From a virus (Duplodnaviria > Caudoviricetes), in IMG/VR virus record IMGVR_UViG_3300022602_000025: a stretch of 64,000 nt of DNA. One strand, given 5' to 3'. A program made the translations under genes and the position numbers. Below are positions 28,694-38,059 of this stretch, one piece after another. Below the pieces are notes generated by a model, which was given only the letters and a program-made list of their open reading frames with translations, was not told the DNA's origin and made no database searches. Position 1 is the first letter of the stretch, and each line of letters starts with the position of its first letter.

Positions 28694-31594
28694 TTAACCT
28701 TTTTGTAATGCTTGTACTAAAGGACTAGCAGATGCGGCAGTTGTAGGTACCGCTGTTGCTCCCGCTGTTGGTGTAGCGTTAGTCGCCTGGGCAGCATTTG
28801 TCTGTGGTTGACTTGCTGGTATATTTCTAATTGTTTGAGCTGTGATACCTGCAAGTGCAACACCAGCTGCTGCAAGCCCTGCTATATTAATATTGTTTGG
28901 TACTGTACTAGTTACCTGAGTTAGCTGTGAAGCTAATTGACTCTGGGCACCTGGACTCAATCCAGCGATCGATGTTAAATCAATTCCAACAGCGTTGCTA
29001 ACTCCCCTTACATCATTTTGTACAGGAGATTGAATTACATCAAGGCTTGCAGGTGAATTATTAGTGATTGGGTTTGTTTCATAATTGAATATGTATGTTC
29101 CGCCCTGTATAGAATTTTGTTGTTGTGCTGTTGCTACGGCTGTTGCTACTACGTCTGAAGCGATCGCCTGTGCCGCCGGACTTGTGGTAGGTGCCGCTGC
29201 GGCGGCTGAAGTATTTCCGCTTGATAATAAATTGTCAACAGCACTTAGTAATGCCAGTCCGCTGGCGGCTAATCTAATACCAGAGGCAAGATAATCTGCA
29301 CCAGGGCTTAATAAATTCTTTAAATCAAACGATGGAGTTTTTATTCCTGTTTTTTGAACAGTAGAAGGTGCCGCATCTTTTACAACCTGCTCACCTTTAG
29401 CAGGAGTTGTCTTATTAAGAACATTTGGCTGGGCCTGTTCATTACCGACAATCTGTCCAGGCAATCTATTTAAAGTTAATTTTTGTGTAAACTGGCCATC
29501 TCTAAAAGTATTAACCAATGTTGTCACTAGATACAATCCATTATATGGTGCTAGCTTTTCGTCAAACTTCATAAATCCAGTTGCAGGATCAAAGTCAATT
29601 GGTGTTCTAAAGGTTAAACTTATTAACAGCTCACCTTGAGTATACGGAGCTTCGCCTGTATTAGTAAACCCAGGAGATAATAAAATTAAATTTTGTTTAC
29701 CCATACCGCTCGTACATAAGAAGTAAGGATCTCCTAAAATTTCTAAATCTGCCATCACTAGTGCTGTTCTGTTTAAAACAGCTTCGTGTAAATTCTTTGC
29801 TAATTGATAGTATGGCGTTAATTGGGCTTGGCCGCTCTTCTGTCCTAGCTGAGTAGCAACCTCTGTAGTAGATTTAGTATTAACAGCTACAGATTCTTTA
29901 GGAGCCGTTGTTGGAGAACTTTTTTGTTCTTCTGCTTTATCTGTTTTATTTTCCGCTGTCTTTGCATCAACTGTGTTTGCTGGTGATGCACCAGCACCTG
30001 CACTACTTGATACATCAGTTACATTACCCATCAATGCAGGTATAGAGTCAAAGTAAAGGTTATCAAACTTTAAATTAAATTTAATAATTTCTTCATTCTT
30101 GCCTGTATAGATATAGTTGTAAGAACGTTTAACTTCTGCTTTAATATCTTTATATTCTAATTTAGATTGACGGTAACCCGGAACCATAGTTAATGGAATC
30201 TGAAAAGGTTCTACCACATATCTATAATTTGCAAAATATTTGTTGTTAGTTGAGTCGTAGGTATTGTTGTTCAGAGATGTTTCAATTCTAACAGTAAAAT
30301 AAGTTATTTGCTGATTTCCTTGTTCTGCTTTTTTTAGATTTTCTTCGCTTAACAAATTTCTAGTATATTCACTATCACGAATAATACCTGCTATACATTC
30401 GTGTATGCTAGCACCTGCGGCAAAAACTATTGTGCCTTCTTTAGGATTTAGTCCACCAGTAGCGGGACTTGCTTGTGAATTTGCTGTTGTTGCACCTGGT
30501 ACATTACTAAACATGTATCCGTTTTTAAATTGTGCTGGGTCTCCAAATTTAAAAACGTTTGTTGATTTTAATTCATCATTAATTTTTGCAGATAATAACT
30601 CAGAATTTTGATAGTTAGGATCACCAACGTGATTTTGTGTTGGAGGTGAGTACAACATTGCCTGTAAGGTATCTTGAGGCGTATCGACTGTAACTAGCTT
30701 AGGTACAGATAACTCATATGTGTCAAAACCTTTTTGATCTGTTTGCTTTTCTGTTCTTGATTGAATCATTTGATTGATTGCATCAAAGAAGTTAGTCAAT
30801 ACTTCACCAACTGTATTTCCTGTTATCTTAATATCGTTGGAGAGAATATTTGTCTGACCGAATCCCATTTGATTCGTAGCGGCAGTTACTAAATGATACT
30901 TTGTTCCAGATTCGCCCACATCAACATTACATTCAGTAATTGACACACAAAAATATCTAGTTGAAAAATCAATATCTTCCGGAGGAGTATTAATATCAGC
31001 TGTATCTCTCCAACCTTGGAATTTAATTCTTAAACAAAAAGATGCTTTTAAAAAATCAGGATATCCTGCGGCCTTGGCAGATACTGACATGGCTTCTAAG
31101 AATCCGTTCATGCTATAAGGTTCAAATACCTCAAATCTAATGTTAGACGCAATACTTTGTCCTGCTTCGCGAGATCCTGCACCTACAGTACTGTCTATGA
31201 TAACATTGTCAATAAACATATCATAAGAACCAGGACTGTTCTTATTAAATTCCTCAACCATAGATTGTACAGCACCGTAATCTGTCGAAGTCGATGCGAA
31301 AGAACTGTCTGGATTAATTCCTAATCCTTGTCCGCCTTTACCTGACGAATTTATTATTCCGTATTTTCTTAAATCAGCGTTAATGTCTTCAGGATTTTCT
31401 GTAGACAATGTTTGGGGAGTGATTGGTCCAAATGCAAAGTTATAAACAAAAGATCTATATTGGTTTAAAATATTTTGTTGTTGTGCATACAAGACTTTAC
31501 TTGTATCTGTACCATTGTAAATCTGATTAGAAGGATCAACGCCTGCATTGGTGTTGGGAGTTTTATTTTCTACGGTAACGCCCGTTGCAGTCAT
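28694..31594 (-). CDS. Baseplate hub protein (gp27-like position) with low-complexity C-terminal tail
   Basis: 966 aa, between the gp53-like gene and the spike. Late motif ADLEILGDPYF...GLYLVTTLVNTFRDGQFTQKLTLNRL resembles gp27/gpD hub C-termini. Ala/Gln/Thr-rich last ~230 aa. Confidence 0.6.
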   Translation of the reverse strand: MTATGVTVENKTPNTNAGVDPSNQIYNGTDTSKVLYAQQQNILNQYRSFVYNFAFGPITPQTLSTENPEDINADLRKYGIINSSGKGGQGLGINPDSSFASTSTDYGAVQSMVEEFNKNSPGSYDMFIDNVIIDSTVGAGSREAGQSIASNIRFEVFEPYSMNGFLEAMSVSAKAAGYPDFLKASFCLRIKFQGWRDTADINTPPEDIDFSTRYFCVSITECNVDVGESGTKYHLVTAATNQMGFGQTNILSNDIKITGNTVGEVLTNFFDAINQMIQSRTEKQTDQKGFDTYELSVPKLVTVDTPQDTLQAMLYSPPTQNHVGDPNYQNSELLSAKINDELKSTNVFKFGDPAQFKNGYMFSNVPGATTANSQASPATGGLNPKEGTIVFAAGASIHECIAGIIRDSEYTRNLLSEENLKKAEQGNQQITYFTVRIETSLNNNTYDSTNNKYFANYRYVVEPFQIPLTMVPGYRQSKLEYKDIKAEVKRSYNYIYTGKNEEIIKFNLKFDNLYFDSIPALMGNVTDVSSSAGAGASPANTVDAKTAENKTDKAEEQKSSPTTAPKESVAVNTKSTTEVATQLGQKSGQAQLTPYYQLAKNLHEAVLNRTALVMADLEILGDPYFLCTSGMGKQNLILLSPGFTNTGEAPYTQGELLISLTFRTPIDFDPATGFMKFDEKLAPYNGLYLVTTLVNTFRDGQFTQKLTLNRLPGQIVGNEQAQPNVLNKTTPAKGEQVVKDAAPSTVQKTGIKTPSFDLKNLLSPGADYLASGIRLAASGLALLSAVDNLLSSGNTSAAAAAPTTSPAAQAIASDVVATAVATAQQQNSIQGGTYIFNYETNPITNNSPASLDVIQSPVQNDVRGVSNAVGIDLTSIAGLSPGAQSQLASQLTQVTSTVPNNINIAGLAAAGVALAGITAQTIRNIPASQPQTNAAQATNATPTAGATAVPTTAASASPLVQALQKG

Positions 31595-31595
31595 G

Positions 31596-31898
31596 TTAGA
31601 ATCCTAATGCTGTTTTGATTGTAGCAATCTTTGGAAGATAGATTACTTGGCCTGGAACAAAATCATATACTGAATCTCTGATCACGTCTTTATTACGCAC
31701 AGCAAACACCCACCATAATTGACTATCACCGTAAATATCGTTCGCTAATAAATCAGGTCTGTGCATATACAGACTTGTTATTGTAAATTGTATGTCGTCT
31801 ACTTGTGGAGGTAGATCAACAAATTTTAATACGTCAAGATAACCATTAGTTAACGGAGTACTTGCATACGGACTGAATTTATTATATCCAGACGGCAT
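31596..31898 (-). CDS. gp53: Baseplate LysM-like protein (gp53/tail X-like)
   Basis: 100 aa. HRPDLLANDIYGDSQLWWVFAVRN...GQVIYLPK is the gp53/LysM-type motif. Confidence 0.75.
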   Translation of the reverse strand: MPSGYNKFSPYASTPLTNGYLDVLKFVDLPPQVDDIQFTITSLYMHRPDLLANDIYGDSQLWWVFAVRNKDVIRDSVYDFVPGQVIYLPKIATIKTALGF

Positions 31899-32590
31899 TA
31901 TAGATATCCTCCACCTGCTTTAACAGTAGTACCTTGTAACCAATCACTAACTGTATAATTTTGCATTTCGCGTCTACTGTATGTAATGTTCAATGTCAGT
32001 GTAATTGAACTCATTGTAGGAACCATGCTGTATCCGTATGTATTAGGAACGCTAGTTCCTGGAGATGCAGGACCTCCTACAGAAATATAATCAACTCCAT
32101 CGGGTAATTCGTGTCTCCAGTTAGCAACAACCACTGGCACGTTACTAAACATATAATCGCCGTAGGCATCAAAACGACATACTGGTGGAGGTGAACCTGC
32201 ACCATCTTCATTACCCCAACGCATTTTTGTCAAAGAACGTAACAAGTGAATTGTTCCTAATAATACAGCAGCTTCACCAGGGGACTGTGCTGTAAATTTT
32301 GCTGTAACTGTTATGGGTCCGACATTACCGTTCTTAAAAAAGTTAATCGGAAAATTAGAGTGCATTGGAATTTGTACAGCATAGTCGGCTTTGTTATCCA
32401 TTGCTATACTAGGAGTGTACGGAAATAAAATTCCTCCGTTATTTTTAATAACATCGTTAGGACCTGCTGCAGGACCTACCAGATAACTTGCCGGCACACG
32501 AAGTTTGGCTCTCAAATCTTGAGCGCCTGCCCACTGTGCATTAGCGCCTGGAATATTAACGGGTGTTGCTCCTGCTGGTATATCTGCCAT
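31898..32590 (-). CDS. Tail tube initiator / baseplate-tube junction protein (gp48/gp54 or CIS-tube-like)
   Basis: 230 aa. GILFPYTPSI...ITVTAKFTAQ...HLLRSLTKM...GSPPPVCRFDAYG...VPVVV, first gene of the baseplate operon. Confidence 0.65.
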   Translation of the reverse strand: MADIPAGATPVNIPGANAQWAGAQDLRAKLRVPASYLVGPAAGPNDVIKNNGGILFPYTPSIAMDNKADYAVQIPMHSNFPINFFKNGNVGPITVTAKFTAQSPGEAAVLLGTIHLLRSLTKMRWGNEDGAGSPPPVCRFDAYGDYMFSNVPVVVANWRHELPDGVDYISVGGPASPGTSVPNTYGYSMVPTMSSITLTLNITYSRREMQNYTVSDWLQGTTVKAGGGYL

Positions 32591-32653
32591 AGTTGATTTA
32601 GTTCCTTATACCTTATTTAACCTGATAAATAATGTACGCAGTTAATCAAATGG

Positions 32654-32683
32654 TTGACACAACCAAATCCAATCTGTTATAAT
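32654..32683 (+). promoter_or_regulatory. Consensus host sigma70 promoter for the gp55-like gene
   Basis: TTGACA (32654-32659), 18-nt spacer with TG extended -10, TATAAT (32678-32683). SD AAGGAGG at 32692-32698 precedes the ATG at 32709. Confidence 0.85.
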
Positions 32684-32708
32684 AGTCAATAAAGGAGGGT
32701 GCGCTAAG

Positions 32709-33623
32709 ATGCCCAATTCAACAATAGTACAACCATCAGGTAGAAAGCAAAAATACCTAAACAATAAAGATTTATTAGCAGAAATACATAAAAGCAAAGC
32801 AAGTTTTAGTAGCTATGCCAGCAAAGATTACATACAACATGACATTATTTTACCAAATTTAGATAAAATAAACATTCGTACAATAGCAGATGCCAAACGT
32901 GCAAGAGCCAAAAGAATAGGTTTAGAAGCATTTAACGCGGCAAGACTCGCAGGTGATAAGAAAATTAAGCTAGCAGAAGTAACACCTGATTATACCACTA
33001 TCAAAAAAACAGATGTCGTTATTAGGATTATGACATTTGATCATATTCCCCTAGCCCCAGGACGTAAGAAAACTACCAAGACTACAGCAGATAGTCACGA
33101 AAAAGTTAATTTTCCTCCATACCAACATTGGAAGTTTGATGAAAACGATAACTTAATTTGTGTAGGTAAAAGTCATTGGAAGGGTACTTTAGAAAAAGGT
33201 AAGTTTTCAAAAGACCACGGACGTATTACAGAAAACTTAGGTAAAATGTATATCAAATTAAGTGAACGATATGCACAGCGTAGCAACTGGCGTGGTTATA
33301 CCTACATCGAAGAAATGAAGGGGCAGGCTATCCTACAGCTAAGTCAAATTGGTCTACAGTTTGATGAATCAAAATCAGAAAACCCATTTGCTTATTATAC
33401 CGCCGCTGTAACAAACTCATTTACTCGTATTCTAAATCTAGAAAAGAAAATGCAAAACATTCGTGATGACCTGTTAGAAGAAAATGGTTTAACCCCATCG
33501 TTGACTCGTCAAAGCAAAGAAGAATATGCAGAAGAAACTGCCCGCCAGGCAGAAATGTACAAAAAATTCCGTATGCCTAAGAGTGAAGAAGAACCTGTTG
33601 AAGATGGCGAAGAAGGTGCTTGA
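32709..33623 (+). CDS. gp55: Late-transcription sigma factor, T4 gp55-like
   Basis: 304 aa. KYLNNKDLLAEIHKSK N-terminus and LSERYAQRSNWRGYTYIEEMKGQAILQL...FDESKSENPFAYYT...NSFTRILNLEKK are gp55-family motifs. Confidence 0.85.
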   Translation: MPNSTIVQPSGRKQKYLNNKDLLAEIHKSKASFSSYASKDYIQHDIILPNLDKINIRTIADAKRARAKRIGLEAFNAARLAGDKKIKLAEVTPDYTTIKKTDVVIRIMTFDHIPLAPGRKKTTKTTADSHEKVNFPPYQHWKFDENDNLICVGKSHWKGTLEKGKFSKDHGRITENLGKMYIKLSERYAQRSNWRGYTYIEEMKGQAILQLSQIGLQFDESKSENPFAYYTAAVTNSFTRILNLEKKMQNIRDDLLEENGLTPSLTRQSKEEYAEETARQAEMYKKFRMPKSEEEPVEDGEEGA

Positions 33624-33648
33624 TCTAACTTTTTACACATGCTATACT
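33620..33648 (+). promoter_or_regulatory. Sigma70-type promoter for the gp47-gp46 operon
   Basis: TTGATC (33620-33625, overlapping the gp55 stop), 17-nt spacer with TG extended -10, TATACT (33643-33648). SD AGGAG upstream of 33665. Confidence 0.7.
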
Positions 33649-33664
33649 AGTAACAGGAGAAATT

Positions 33665-34678
33665 ATGGGACTTTTTAAAAAGGTAGCATGTTTTACTGAC
33701 ATACATTTTGGTCTTAAATCAAATAGTCAGACACACAACGAAGATTGTGAAGAATTCGTAGATTGGTTTATCCAACAAGCTAAGGATGCAGGTTGCGAAA
33801 CCTGCATATTCCTAGGCGACTGGCATCATAATCGCAACTCTATCAATTTAATTACATTAGATACTAGCTTACGATGCTTGGAAAAACTAGGTGCGGCATT
33901 TGACCAATTCTTTTGGTTTCCAGGTAACCACGATTTATTTTATAAAGACAAGCGTGACATTCATTCATCGGCGTTTGGTCGCCACATTCCAGGAGTTACT
34001 GTTGTAGACGGTATTACAACTCTTGATGATGTTACCCTAGTTCCGTGGTTAGTTGGAGACGAATGGAAGACTATGAAGGATCTTAAGAGCAAATATGTCT
34101 TTGGACATTTTGAACTTCCTAAGTTCTTTATGAACGCAATGGTACAGATGCCAGATCACGGAGAACTTCACGCAGAAGATTTTAACGGACCTGACTACAT
34201 ATTCTCAGGACACTTCCACAAACGTCAAACGAACCAAAAGGTAGTATACATTGGTAATGCGTTTCCGCACAATTATGCAGATGCGTGGGATGATGAAAGA
34301 GGAATGATGATATTAGAATGGGGTGGTGAACCTCAATATATCAACTGGCCAGATGCTCCTAAATTTAGAGTTATTAAACTTTCAGAACTGATTGATCGCA
34401 AAGACGAAGTCATGCAGAGCAAGATGTATCTGCGTGTTAATCTTGATATTGATATTAGTTACGAAGAAGCAAACTTCTTAAAAGAAACATTTGTAGGCGA
34501 ATTTGATATTCGTGAAATGGGTCTAATTCAAGAAAAGAATAACTTAGAAGGTATCATTGACGATACAGCAGATGCTAAGTTTGAGTCAGTTGATCAAATC
34601 GTTAATGATCAGTTAGTTAATATTGAATCTGATTCGTTTGATAAAAAATTACTTTTAGATATCTATAACGGACTTTAA
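33665..34678 (+). CDS. gp47: Recombination nuclease subunit, T4 gp47/SbcD/Mre11-like
   Basis: 337 aa. Metallophosphoesterase motifs FTDIHFG, FLGDWHH, PGNHD, FGHFE, SGHFH. Confidence 0.95.
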   Translation: MGLFKKVACFTDIHFGLKSNSQTHNEDCEEFVDWFIQQAKDAGCETCIFLGDWHHNRNSINLITLDTSLRCLEKLGAAFDQFFWFPGNHDLFYKDKRDIHSSAFGRHIPGVTVVDGITTLDDVTLVPWLVGDEWKTMKDLKSKYVFGHFELPKFFMNAMVQMPDHGELHAEDFNGPDYIFSGHFHKRQTNQKVVYIGNAFPHNYADAWDDERGMMILEWGGEPQYINWPDAPKFRVIKLSELIDRKDEVMQSKMYLRVNLDIDISYEEANFLKETFVGEFDIREMGLIQEKNNLEGIIDDTADAKFESVDQIVNDQLVNIESDSFDKKLLLDIYNGL

Positions 34679-36459
34679 TGTTTAACATAAAAAATATAAC
34701 AGTTAAAAATTTCCTTAGTGTTGGCAATCAAACACAGGCTGTAGACTTTGACCGAAATCATTTGACCTTGGTGCTAGGTGAGAATCTAGACTTGGGCGGA
34801 GATGATAGCGGATCACGTAACGGTACAGGCAAAACGACCATTGTAAATGCTCTAAGTTATGCACTATACGGACAAGCACTTACTAACATCAAACGAGAAA
34901 ACTTAATTAACAAAACTAACGGTAAGAATATGTTAGTCACAGTTAAGTTTGAAGTAGGCGGTGTTGAGTATCGTATTGAACGAGGCCGTAAACCTAATGT
35001 TCTTAAACTGTATGTTAACGATGAAGAACAAGAAGCAAAAGATGACGATGCTCAAGGCGACAGCCGCGAAACACAAAAGCATATTGAACAACTATTAGGC
35101 ATGAGCCATACGATGTTCAAGCATCTTGTTGCACTTAACACTTATACAGAACCGTTCCTAAGTTTAAAAGCCGCAGAACAACGTGAAGTTATTGAACAAC
35201 TGTTAGGTATTACTCTGCTGAGTGAAAAAGCAGAACTGTTAAAAGAGCAGACAAAAATAACAAAAGATGCTGTACAATCAGAAACATTTAAAATACAAGG
35301 TATTCAAACTGCCAATGAGAATGTACAGAAAAGCATCGATAGTCTAGGGCTAAAGAGTTCTGCTTGGGAAACTAAAAAGCAAGAAGAATTAGAAAAGCTA
35401 GGTAATGCTATTATGCAACTTGGCCGTGTAGACATTGAAACAGAGCTAGCAAATCATGCGGCTCTAAAACAATGGACTGTTAATAACAACACCCTTAAAG
35501 ATCTAAACAAACAAAAAGCTACTTTAGAATCTGCAGTAGGTCAAGCAGAAAAAGCAGTAACCAAATATAGAAAAGACTTAGAAAGTCTAGCAAATAAAAC
35601 ATGTCCTGCATGTGAACAAGAACTCCACGATCATAAGCATAGCAAAATGATAGAGGAGGCTAACAAGCATCGTTTAGAAGCAGGTACTTACTACGATAAA
35701 GTTACAGCTGACCTGCTGACAATTACTACAGCGATCAGTGAATTAGGTGAATTGCCTAAGCCACCTGTTACATTCTATGAAGAAGAAAGCGAAGCGTTAG
35801 GTCACAAAAACAATCTAGCAGGACTTGAACAAAGCCTTGAAGCAAAGTTTAATGAAGTGAATCCTTACACAGAACAGATTGAAGAATTAAAAAATACAGC
35901 GATACAAAAAATAGACTGGACTGTTGTTAATGATCTAACAAAACTAAAAGATCATCAAGAATTCCTACATAAGTTGCTGACAAATAAAGATTCTTTCATC
36001 CGTAAAAAGATTATCGATCAGAATTTAAGTTACTTGAACAAGCGGTTAAGTTATTATATTGATAAGATGGGCTTGCCACATACTGTAGTATTCCAAAACG
36101 ATTTAAATGTTTTGATTACTTTGTATGGCCAAGATTTAGACTTTGATAATCTAAGCCGTGGTGAACGCAATCGACTAATTTTATCTTTGAGTTTTGCTTT
36201 CCGCGATGTGTGGGAAAACTTGTATCAACATATTAACTTGTTATTCATTGACGAGTTGATTGATGCTGGTATGGATGCCGCAGGTGTTGAAGCAGGACTG
36301 TCGGTACTTAAGAAGATGGCCAGAGAGCGTAATAAGAACGTATTCTTGATCAGCCATAAAGATGAACTAGTAGGCCGTGTAAACAACGTATTGCATGTAG
36401 TTAAAGAAAACGGATTTACCAGTTATGCTACCGATTCAGAATTAGTAGAGCCCCAATGA
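34678..36459 (+). CDS. gp46: Recombination ATPase subunit, T4 gp46/SbcC/Rad50-like
   Basis: 593 aa. Walker A (RNGTGKT), coiled coils with CPAC zinc hook, signature LSRGE, Walker B LLFIDE, and ISH. Confidence 0.95.
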   Translation: MFNIKNITVKNFLSVGNQTQAVDFDRNHLTLVLGENLDLGGDDSGSRNGTGKTTIVNALSYALYGQALTNIKRENLINKTNGKNMLVTVKFEVGGVEYRIERGRKPNVLKLYVNDEEQEAKDDDAQGDSRETQKHIEQLLGMSHTMFKHLVALNTYTEPFLSLKAAEQREVIEQLLGITLLSEKAELLKEQTKITKDAVQSETFKIQGIQTANENVQKSIDSLGLKSSAWETKKQEELEKLGNAIMQLGRVDIETELANHAALKQWTVNNNTLKDLNKQKATLESAVGQAEKAVTKYRKDLESLANKTCPACEQELHDHKHSKMIEEANKHRLEAGTYYDKVTADLLTITTAISELGELPKPPVTFYEEESEALGHKNNLAGLEQSLEAKFNEVNPYTEQIEELKNTAIQKIDWTVVNDLTKLKDHQEFLHKLLTNKDSFIRKKIIDQNLSYLNKRLSYYIDKMGLPHTVVFQNDLNVLITLYGQDLDFDNLSRGERNRLILSLSFAFRDVWENLYQHINLLFIDELIDAGMDAAGVEAGLSVLKKMARERNKNVFLISHKDELVGRVNNVLHVVKENGFTSYATDSELVEPQ

Positions 36460-36710
36460 GTGATTTGCTAAACAAGTATATTGAAGCTCACGATCAGATG
36501 ATAGCATTGTTGATCGAGCATCACCGTACTCATTTAGAGTTCATAGACAGACAGAGTTACGCAAGAGCAAAAGAGTTACGCAAAGTACTAAAGGAACTGC
36601 GTCTCAAAGTGAAAGAAACCGAAAAGGCCGCCCAAGCACGTATGCACGAACGCAGAACTGAGTGGCGAGCCGTAAACAGACTTAAAAAGGATAAAGAAGA
36701 TGAGTGTTAA
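36456..36710 (+). CDS. Small basic helical protein, possible divergent Hc1-like paralog
   Basis: 84 aa, overlapping both neighbours. LRKVLKELRLKVKE aligns with ARKALAELGKLVKQ of the next gene. Confidence 0.5.
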   Translation: MSDLLNKYIEAHDQMIALLIEHHRTHLEFIDRQSYARAKELRKVLKELRLKVKETEKAAQARMHERRTEWRAVNRLKKDKEDEC

Positions 36711-36891
36711 TAATCAAATTACAGATGCTGTGACCCAGTACATGGCAGAAGACGCAAAATTTACAGCAGGTAATTCTGCGGCAGGCACTCGTGCTCGCAA
36801 GGCATTGGCTGAATTAGGTAAACTAGTTAAACAACGCCGTAATGAAATTACAGCAGAAAAGAACGCCCGCAAAGAAGCTAAGGCAGCTTAA
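36700..36891 (+). CDS. Histone H1-like (Hc1-family) DNA-binding protein
   Basis: 63 aa. KFTAGNSAAGTRARKALAELGKLVKQRRNEI matches the F..GNKAAGTRARK..LEL motif of the Hc1/histone-H1-like family. Confidence 0.75.
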   Translation: MSVNNQITDAVTQYMAEDAKFTAGNSAAGTRARKALAELGKLVKQRRNEITAEKNARKEAKAA

Positions 36892-36894
36892 TCT

Positions 36895-37632
36895 GTGGTT
36901 ACTCTAGCACCAAAATATCAACACCTTCGTTGCAAAATTTGCGACGGAGAAACATCTGTTCTCGGAGTTAAGGACTTTAATAGGACTTGCGAAGAAGAAA
37001 AGAATAAGATTGTTTTTAGTCCTATGGGCTTTGCTGTTTACTATCATCAGTGCAACGACTGTCAATTTATTTTTAGCACTGATTTTGATAGTTGGACTAA
37101 AGACGACTTTTTAGAAAACATTTATAATAGCGATTATCTCAAAGTAGATCCAGAGTACGGTGGTAAAAGACCTATAGACTGTGTCAATTGGTTTACTCCA
37201 ATGCTAGGTGGTGATAAGACTATTACTGTTCTTGACTACGGTGCAGGAACAGATGCGTTCAGTCAAGAACTAAAAAGACAAGGCTACGATGCAGTAGGAT
37301 GGGACCCAATGTGGTTAACTGATCCTACATTTGAAAAAGACAAAACCTTTGATGTAATCACAGCATTTGAAGTACTAGAACATACTCCTACTCCTTGGGA
37401 AACAGCAAAAGAAATAGTTTCTTTTCTAAATCCAGAGAGCGGGCAGATTGTTATCAGCACGTTGGTCAACGATATTATTGGTCGCGAGGGTGCAAACTAT
37501 TGGTATATTGCTCCTCGTAACGGACATGTATGTATGCACTCTAATAAGAGTTTAGAAATCATGTTCGATAAACTAGGAATGGAAGTACAACACTTTAGTC
37601 CTAGCCAGCATGTCGCAAGTTGGAAAGAATGA
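36895..37632 (+). CDS. Class I SAM-dependent methyltransferase with N-terminal Cys cluster
   Basis: 245 aa, GTG start. VLDYGAGTD (motif I), AVGWDP, FDVITAFEVLEH. N-terminal CKIC and CNDC pairs. Confidence 0.85.
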   Translation: MVTLAPKYQHLRCKICDGETSVLGVKDFNRTCEEEKNKIVFSPMGFAVYYHQCNDCQFIFSTDFDSWTKDDFLENIYNSDYLKVDPEYGGKRPIDCVNWFTPMLGGDKTITVLDYGAGTDAFSQELKRQGYDAVGWDPMWLTDPTFEKDKTFDVITAFEVLEHTPTPWETAKEIVSFLNPESGQIVISTLVNDIIGREGANYWYIAPRNGHVCMHSNKSLEIMFDKLGMEVQHFSPSQHVASWKE

Positions 37633-38057
37633 CTTGGACGTATCAAGGTGCTATAGTAACAGAATTACCTGAGGACTGTGTTGGATTTGTATACATTATA
37701 ACCAACACAGTAACAGGGCGCAAATACATAGGCAAAAAATTAGCAAAATTTAGTAAGACGACCTACAAGACTGTAAAGTTAAAGAACGGCAAAAAGAAAA
37801 AGAAAAGAATCAGAGGCAAGATAGAAAGCGACTGGATGACATATTATGGAAGCAGTCCTAACTTACAAGCAGATATAGACACACTAGGCACAGATAAATT
37901 TACCCGCGAAATATTACATTACTGCAAATCAAAATCAGCAACATCCTACATTGAGGCCCGCGAACAATTTGACCGCAAAGTATTAGAATCAGATGACTAC
38001 TATAATGGACATGTACAAGTAAGAGTACACAAGAATCATATTAAAGGTAAACTTTAG
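37629..38057 (+). CDS. GIY-YIG-superfamily protein (small, nuclease-domain only)
   Basis: GFVYIITNTVTGRKYIGKK...YYGSS...REILHYCKSK...E motif. The start is more likely the ATG at 37629 (ATGA overlap with the methyltransferase stop) than 37620. Confidence 0.8.
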   Translation: MTWTYQGAIVTELPEDCVGFVYIITNTVTGRKYIGKKLAKFSKTTYKTVKLKNGKKKKKRIRGKIESDWMTYYGSSPNLQADIDTLGTDKFTREILHYCKSKSATSYIEAREQFDRKVLESDDYYNGHVQVRVHKNHIKGKL

Positions 38058-38059
38058 GC

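Noticed and set aside
37629-38057. Classical mobile homing endonuclease
   Set aside because: It has only the catalytic GIY-YIG core, with no DNA-binding extension, and is tightly coupled into the operon. It is kept as a GIY-YIG protein of unknown role rather than a mobile element.
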